Source of the DNA: Octopus sinensis | Lineage: Eukaryota | Direction of reading: 5' to 3' | DNA length: 28,055 bases | Assembly (NCBI RefSeq): GCF_006345805.1 | Contig: NW_021827537.1 | Coordinates: 1 to 28,055 of the forward strand | Shown here: piece after piece, positions 21,802 through 28,055 of the stretch | Layout of the letters: the number at the start of each line of letters is the position of its first letter | Numbering within the stretch: the first letter of the stretch is position 1 | Translations under genes and position numbers: made by a program | Notes under the pieces: model-generated | What the model was told of the DNA's origin: nothing | The model's database searches: none | Seen by the model: only the letters and a program-made list of their open reading frames with translations

Positions 21802-22071
21802 GTTTCAAACTTTGCCACGAGGGCAGCCATTTTGGGGGAGGGGACGAGTCGATTACATCAACCCCAGTACGCAACTGGTACTTAATTCACCGACCCCGAA
21901 AGGATGAAAGGCAAAGTCGACCTCGGCGGAATTTGAATTCAGAACGTACAGACAGACGAAATACCTATTTCTTTACTACCCACAAGGGGCTAAACACAGA
22001 GAGGACAAACAAGGACAGACAAACGGATTAAGTCGATTACATCGACCCCAGTGCGTAACTGGTACTTATTT
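21802..22071 (-). mobile_element. SINE group B, partially dimeric
   Basis: Reverse complement contains TTCTGAATTCAAATTCCGCCGAGGTCGACTTTGCCTTTCATCCTTTCGGGGTCG. The segment GTCGATTACATC..CCCCAGT..CG..AACTGGTACTTA occurs twice (21848-21887, 22032-22071). Confidence 0.9.
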
Positions 22072-22170
22072 CATGAGTGCAAGACCGAAACCAAGCTGTC
22101 ACGCGCCTTCGGCGATGCAAACAGCCGTCAAAGCATGTATATATCTATATCTATGTGTGTGGAGGGGAGT

Positions 22171-22510
22171 GAAGGCGCATGGCTCAGTGGTTAGGGCGTC
22201 GAGCTTACGATCATGAGGCTGTGAGTTCGAATCCCAGACTGGGCTGGGTGTTGTATTCTTGAGCAAGACACTTTATTTCACGTTGCTCCAGTTCACTCAG
22301 CTGTAGAAATGAGTTGCGATATCACAGGTGCCAAGCTGTATCGGCCCCTTTGCCTTTGCCTCGGATAACATCAGAGGTATGGAAAGTAGGGGAGGCTGGT
22401 ATGCATGGACGACTGCTGGCCTTCCATAGACAACCTTGCCTGGACTTGTGCCTGGGAGGGTAACTTTCTAGGTGCAATCCCATGGTCAGTCATTACCGAA
22501 GGGGGTCTCA
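22171..22510 (+). mobile_element. tRNA-derived CORE-like SINE group D, apparently full-length
   Basis: A-box TGGCTCAGTGG, B-box GAGTTCGAATCCC, CORE-like TTCTTGAGCAAGACACTTTATTTCACGTTGCTCCAG..CTCAGCTGTAGAAATGAG, unique 3' body. Confidence 0.85.
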
Positions 22511-22550
22511 GCAGTGCATGTGTGGGGAGACGGCGCGCACACATTGTTCA

Positions 22551-22664
22551 TGTTTAGCACAAGCAACAGAAGGACTCAAGCGCCGAGAGTTTCGTGCGTT
22601 AGTTCGATAAGTGCTGACGCACAAAACTCTCAACCTTGTGTCACTCTATTGCTTCTGCTAAATA
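22551..22664. mobile_element. MITE-like element, copy 1 (114 bp, ~30-bp TIRs)
   Basis: TGTTTAGCACAAGCAACAGAAGGACTCAAG ... CTTGTGTCACTCTATTGCTTCTGCTAAATA are imperfect inverted termini. Confidence 0.7.
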
Positions 22665-22717
22665 CTAATGTGTGTGTGCCTGTGTGTGTGTGCCTGTGTG
22701 TGTGTGTGCATTATTCA

Positions 22718-22832
22718 TATTTAGCAGAAGCAACAGAGTGATTCAAGGGCCGACAGTTTCGTGCGTTAGTTTGATAAGCGCTCACGCAAGAAATTCTCAA
22801 CCCTTGTGTTACTCTGTTGCTTCTCATAAATA
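22718..22832. mobile_element. MITE-like element, copy 2 (115 bp, ~32-bp TIRs)
   Basis: TATTTAGCAGAAGCAACAGAGTGATTCAAGGG ... CCCTTGTGTTACTCTGTTGCTTCTCATAAATA; bounded by TA; colinear with copy 1. Confidence 0.75.
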
Positions 22833-22844
22833 CTAATATATGTG

Positions 22845-23052
22845 TGTGTGTGGGGGGGGGTGTGCCTGTGTGTGTGTGTGTGTGTTTGAGTGAGTGTGTG
22901 CGTGTGTGTGTGAGTGAGTGTGTGTGTGTTTGAGTGAGTGTGTGAGTGTGTGTGGGTGTGTGTGTGTGTGTGTGTGTTTGAGTGAGTGTGTGCGTGTGTG
23001 TGTGTGAGTGAGTGTGTGTGTGTGTTTGAGTGAGTGTGTGTGTGTGTGTGAG

Positions 23053-23092
<40 letters not shown>

Positions 23093-23525
23093 AGTGAGTG
23101 TGTGTGTGTGTGTGTTTGAGTGAGTGTGTGTGTGTTTGAGTGAGTGTGTGCGTGTGTGTGTGAGTGAGTGTGTGTGTGTTTGAGTGAGTGTGTGAGTGTG
23201 TGTGGGTGTGAGTGTGTGTGTGTGTGTTTGAGTGAGTGTGTGCGTGTGTGTGTGTGTGTGTGTGTTTGAGTGAGTGTGTGCTGTGTGTGTGTGTGAGTGA
23301 GTGTGTGTGTTGTGTGTGTGTTTGAGTGAGTGTGTGTGTGTGAGTGAGTGTGTGTGTGTGTGTGTGTGTTTGAGTGAGTGTGTGTGTGTGTGAGTGAGTG
23401 TGTGTGTGTTTGAGTGAGTGTGTGCGTGTGTGTGTGTGTGTGTGCGTGTGTGTGTGTTTGAGTGAGTGTGTATGTGTGTGTGTGTGTGTGGTGTGTGTGT
23501 GTGTGTGTGTCTGTGTGTGTGCGTG
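22845..23525. repeat. Interrupted (GT)n array with recurring TTTGAGTGAGTG
   Basis: About 13 copies of TTTGAGTGAGTG embedded in (GT)n; source of the poly-HT ORFs. Confidence 0.92.
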
Positions 23526-24058
23526 TATACAAACATACTTTACATTCATACATCGTTCAACGCATGAAACAATAGTATATTCACGCATTTCTTTATAATG
23601 TGTTATCAACACGTTATAGACGATATAAAGGAAACCTGTTCCTTGCTTTGATTGTACGAGAATGGAATATAGTTGGAAGGTTTCTATCAAAGTCACTGCG
23701 CAGCATCTTTGTAGCTGAATACCAAACAGGAAGGAGAACAAGAAGAATAACAAAGAACATGTCAGCACAGCAGGCGAGGACACTAACATTATGTAGGTGT
23801 ATGTGTGTGTTCATACCTGTATGTGTGCGGTGGCGTGTGTGTGTGTGTGTAACGGAAAGAGAAAAAGAGGTGATGCGACTTGCGTGATAAGCAGCTGATG
23901 TATGTATATATACACATACACATACACACATATCGGTTTTATATATATGTGTGTGTGTGTGTGTGTGTACATATACGTATGTAAATATCTTTGTATTTAT
24001 GTATATATGTGTGTATGAGTGTGTCTGAATCGATATATATATATATATATCCTATATA

Positions 24059-24192
24059 TGAGCTTCCACAAAAATTCAGTGTGTGTGTGTGTGGAAGGGG
24101 TGAAATTCTGCTCACGAGTTATTGGTCACCTGAGGCTATAGCAAAAAGACATTTGTTTAGTTTGCTGCGCAACGGGGCTGAACCCGAAGCCA
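24059..24192 (-). mobile_element. SINE group A, 5' fragment, highly diverged
   Basis: GAGGCTATAGCAAAAAGACATTTG..GGGGCTGAACCCGAAGCCA is the reverse complement of the group A head/CORE region. Confidence 0.65.
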
Positions 24193-24239
24193 CTAACTAC
24201 CATGATTATGTGGTGGAGGTGATGAGGACATTGTCGATC

Positions 24240-24277
24240 ACAGTGGTTGTAGTTTTGATGGTGATGATGATGATCGC

Positions 24278-24310
<33 letters not shown>

Positions 24311-24768
24311 TACGACGACGATGACGATGATGATGATGATGATGACGACGGTGACGATGATGACGACGATGATGACGATGATGATGATGACGATGATGAC
24401 GATGACGATGATGATGATGAAGATGGCGGAGAAAGCGGCGTTAGTGATGATGACGACTATTATGTTGATGGTGATGATGGCGATAATGAATATAATTGTG
24501 ATGTAGGATGGTGGAGAAGATAGGGATGGTGCTGACGGTGTTGGTGATGATGATGTTGATATTGGTGTTTGTGATGATGTGGTGATGCTGATAATGATGG
24601 CAATGATGGTGATAATGGTGACGGTGTGATAGTGGTGGTGATGATGATGATGATGATGGTGATGACGACGACTATAATATAACGATGCCGTTCCTGGATT
24701 TATTTTTTATAGCCTTCGTTTTGGGGCTGCTTTGTAATTGTTGTTGATGTCAATGCCGCAGCAGTACC

Positions 24769-24803
<35 letters not shown>

Positions 24804-25147
24804 CTGTTGTTGTTGTTGTTGTTGTTGTTGTTCATTAGCCATCATTGTTCTGCCGTCCGCTCAAAGAACAACAATAGAAGAGGTGTGAAAACTTTTCAAT
24901 CGAACTGGTTCCTTCTTCATCGAACTATACATCCTATAACGGTATCGATAACCGATCAAGGAGTGGTGGCATTGGAGAGAATGAGAGAGAGTGAGAGAGA
25001 GAGAGAAGATTGTGACGGGGGGAGGCAGAGAAAGTGATGCCGGGGGAGAGAAGGATGGAGAAGGAGAAACCTTGTCGCTGACAAAAACAACAATAAACAG
25101 TTGTGAACCAAGAAAAAACAAATCACCACAATCACGGCCATCCTATA

Positions 25148-25236
<89 letters not shown>

Positions 25237-25240
25237 CACC

Positions 25241-25310
<70 letters not shown>

Positions 25311-25865
25311 ACTACTACTACTACCATCACCACTACTACCACCACCGCTACTACTAATACTAATATTGCCATCACCACCACCACAACAACAGCTACTACT
25401 ACTACCACTACTGTTACTACTGCTCTTATTACTATTACTGTTATTGTTATCACTACAGCTACTAATACTACTACATTTGCCACTACCATTAATGTTACTA
25501 ACCACTACTATTTTTGTTTGCGATAATGATGACGGCGATGACGATGGTGATGATGATGCTGAGGAGGAGGAGGAGGAGGGGAAAGAAGAGTAAAGATTAG
25601 TTATGAGGGGAGGAGGTGAAATTTAGGATTTGATGGAAGAATAGTAAAAGAAGAAACAGGAGGAGAAGACTAATGAAGGATGAGATAAAGGAGGAGTGGA
25701 GGGGGAGGGGGAGGAGGAGGGAGAAGAAGAAGAAGAACAACAACAACAACAACAAGGAGAAGAAGAACAAGAACAGGAACATGAAGGAGAAGAAGGAGGA
25801 GGAGGAGAAGGAGGAGGAGGAGAAGAAGAATGAGAAGAAGAAGAAGAAGAAGAAGAATGAGAGGT
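24240..25865. repeat. Succession of triplet microsatellites: (GAT/GAC)n, (TAG)n, (TTG)n, (CTA/CCA)n, (GAG/GAA/AAC)n
   Basis: Directly visible at 24240-24680, 24770-24835, 25145-25510 and 25560-25865. Confidence 0.92.
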
Positions 25866-26166
25866 TTCAAGGAAGATGTGTCCTTGAAGAAAAATGAGAA
25901 AAGAGGGTTAAGTCAGTTTGTAGAGAAGGTCAGAAATTGGTGGGCGAGATGTTTTTATAATCGATTGCTGATCGATCGATTCTTTGGCCATTATTTCCTC
26001 ATCGATTACGAAGAAAAGATATAAAAGCTCAAGTCGACTTCGATGGCATTCGAACGTGGAAAGTAAACGTAACTTAACTGAACCCCGTAAGGTGTTTAAT
26101 GTGGCAATCTGCCGTTTCTGCCGAGCGATCGAGCAACTTTTCGTGTGCTATTATTTATCCTTCCAA

Positions 26167-26347
26167 TGGCGGTGAGTTGTCGGAATCATTAGTGCGTCGG
26201 ACAAAACGCTTCTTTTTTTTTTTTTTTTTTGGCTTTACATTCTGAGATTGACTTTTGTGTTTCATCCTCTCAGGGAACACTTAGGGTCGATGTAATCGAC
26301 CGCCTCCATCTTCAAAAAATTCAGGCCTTGTGTCTTTAGTAGAAAGG
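26167..26347 (+). mobile_element. SINE group B, diverged, internally deleted
   Basis: TGGCGGTGAGTTGTCGGAATCATTAG head, GGGTCGATGTAATCGAC palindrome, CAGGCCTTGTG..TAGTAGAAAGG tail. Confidence 0.75.
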
Positions 26348-26570
26348 CTTGCCAGAATCATTAGCACGCCGGACTAAATGCTTAGCGGCATTTCGTCCGT
26401 CTTTACATTCTAAGTTCAAATTCAGCTGAGGTCGACTTTACCTTTCATCATTTCGGGGGTCGATAAAATAAGTACAAGTTGAACACTGGGATCGATGAAA
26501 TCGACTTTTACCCTCCCCTCAAATTTCGGGCCTTGTGCCTATAGCAGAAACGATTATTGTTATTATTATT
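26348..26570 (+). mobile_element. SINE group B
   Basis: CAGAATCATTAGCACGCCGG..TGCTTAGCGGCATTTCG..GTTCAAATTC..GAGGTCGACTTT..GGGGGTCGATAAAATAAGTAC; (ATT)n tail. Confidence 0.88.
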
Positions 26571-26579
26571 TACTAGTGT

Positions 26580-26967
26580 GTGGAGGCGCAATGGCCCAGT
26601 GGTTAGGGCAACGGACTCGCGGTCGTAGGATCGCGGTTTCGATTCCCAGACCGGGCGTTGTGAGTGTTTATTGAGCGAAAACACCTAAAGCTCCACGCGG
26701 CTCCGGCAGGGGATGGTGGTGATCCCTCCTGTACTCTTTCACCACAACTTTCTCTCACTCTTACTTCCTGTTTCTGTTGTACCTGTATTTCAAAGGGCCG
26801 GCGTTGTCACTCTCTGTGTCACGCTGAATATCTCCGAGAACTACGTTAAGGGTACACGTGTCTGTGGATTACTCAGCCACTTACACGTTAATTTCACGAG
26901 CAGGCTGTTCCGTTGATTCGGATCAACCGGAACCCTCGTCGTCGTAACCGACGGAGTGCTTCCATCC
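26580..26967 (+). mobile_element. tRNA-derived SINE group C, tail type 2, full-length with 12-bp TSD
   Basis: A-box TGGCCCAGTGG, B-box GGTTTCGATTCCC, short CCAT tail. Identical flanking ATTTACTAGTGT at 26568-26579 and 26968-26979. Confidence 0.95.
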
Positions 26968-26980
26968 ATTTACTAGTGTA

Positions 26981-27076
26981 TGAGGGCGCATGTCCTAGAC
27001 TGGGTGGTGCATTGTGTTCTTGAGCAAGACACTTCATCTCCCGTTGCTCTGCAATCACTCCGACATTTGACGCGTG
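26981..27076 (+). mobile_element. SINE group D-like remnant, internally deleted
   Basis: GAGGGCGCATG..CCTAGACTGGG..TTGTGTTCTTGAGCAAGACACTTCATCTCCCGTTGCTC, colinear with the 22171 element. Confidence 0.7.
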
Positions 27077-27158
27077 TTAGATACCTTATGTATCTCCCTC
27101 TTACTCTCTCTTTCTCTATCTCTCTCTCTGTGATATAAAGCTTATAATGATATTAAAC

Positions 27159-27197
<39 letters not shown>

Positions 27198-27199
27198 TG

Positions 27200-27420
27200 A
27201 AGGCGGCGAGCTGGCAGAATCGTTAGCACGCCGGACAAAATGCTTAGCTGCGTTTTGTTCGCCTTCACATTCTGATTTCAAATTCTGCCGAGGTCGACTT
27301 TGACTTTCATCCTTTCGGGGTCGATAAAATAAGTGCCAATTGAACTCTGGGGTCGACGTAATCGACTCATCCCCACCTCCCCCAAGCCGCCCTTGTGGCA
27401 AAAATTTGAAATAATAATAA
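27200..27420 (+). mobile_element. SINE group B, full-length
   Basis: AAGGCGGCGAGCTGGCAGAATCGTTAGCACGCCGG..CCGAGGTCGACTTTG..CCTTTCGGGGTCGATAAAATAAG..GGGGTCGACGTAATCGAC; (ATA/ATT)n tail. Confidence 0.9.
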
Positions 27421-27434
27421 TAATAATAATTATA

Positions 27435-27482
<48 letters not shown>

Positions 27483-27485
27483 TAC

Positions 27486-27688
27486 TAGCAGAAACGTTGG
27501 CACGCCTGGCGAGATGCTTAACAGCATTTCGTTCGCCTGTACGTTCTGAGTTCAAATTCCACCGATGTCGACTTTGCCTTTCATCCTTTCGGGGTCGATG
27601 AATTAAGTACCAGTTACACACTGGGGTCGATATGATCGACTAGATTCCTCCCCAAAAATTTCAGGCCTTGTGCTCTATAGTAGAAAGG

Positions 27689-27690
<2 letters not shown>
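27486..27690 (+). mobile_element. SINE group B
   Basis: GCAGAAACGTTGGCACGCC..TTCTGAGTTCAAATTCC..GGGGTCGATGAATTAAGTACCAG..GGGGTCGATATGATCGAC..CAGGCCTTGTG; (ATT)n tail. Confidence 0.9.
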
Positions 27691-27729
<39 letters not shown>

Positions 27730-27757
27730 CATCATTATTATTGTTGTTGTTGTTGTT

Positions 27758-27928
27758 TTAAATCTTGGCACACAGCCAGCAATTTTGAGGGGTGGAGGGA
27801 TGAGTCGATGTAATCGACTCAAGTGCTTCGTCTGGTACCTATTTTTATCTACCCTGAAAAGATGAAAGGCGAAATTTGAATTCAGAATGTAAAGACGGAC
27901 GAAATGCCACTAAGCATTTAGTACGCGG
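27758..27928 (-). mobile_element. SINE group B, diverged, convergent with the 27486 copy
   Basis: GAGTCGATGTAATCGAC, GATGAAAGGC, AATTTGAATTCAGAATGTAAAGACGGACGAAATGCC..TAAGCATTT are reverse complements of group B segments. Confidence 0.82.
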
Positions 27929-28055
27929 TACTTCCCACCTCCATGACCCCATCCAGCTGCAAACCTGACCGGAAAGACACTGAAGCCATGCAGCTAATGA
28001 GACAATTACCAGACGCATGTCATCTGCGGAATTTCGTGACAGCACATTAATGAAT

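Noticed and set aside
22171-22245. tRNA genes at SINE heads (also 17865-17936 and 26582-26655)
   Set aside because: A and B boxes are present but there is no complete cloverleaf or acceptor stem, and each continues into a repeat body.
1313-25900. Long ORFs of 100-318 aa rich in YI, HT, CV, poly-N, poly-T, poly-M or poly-L (e.g. 9477-10364, 22833-23789, 23991-24506)
   Set aside because: Translations of di- and trinucleotide microsatellites, which lack stops in most frames; no domain signal.

Overview
Eukaryotic, AT-rich, repeat-saturated DNA. The microsatellite density and SINE families look like an octopus (coleoid cephalopod) genome; this is inferred from the repeat landscape, not from a search. 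I recognise no intact host protein-coding gene. Most long ORFs in the track are translations of (TA)n, (TG)n or triplet microsatellites. Supported content: about 16 tRNA-derived SINE copies or fragments in 4 groups; a 357-bp non-autonomous Helitron with canonical ends; decayed Tc1/mariner transposases (one with DD34D spacing, two further mariner-like fragments, one DD37D/maT); a 141-bp mariner MITE; a tandem pair of ~115-bp MITEs; and a Penelope-like reverse-transcriptase relic. Best leads: (i) a type I hammerhead-ribozyme motif at 19533-19580, downstream of and on the same strand as the Penelope RT relic, and a second hammerhead-like/hairpin motif at 10518-10597; (ii) a ~1-kb degenerate 33-bp (11-codon) tandem array at 15546-16572; (iii) a signal-peptide-like exon candidate lying antisense in the 5' end of the maT relic; (iv) two SINEs with the same head and different 3' tails. 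All structures and alignments were done by eye.
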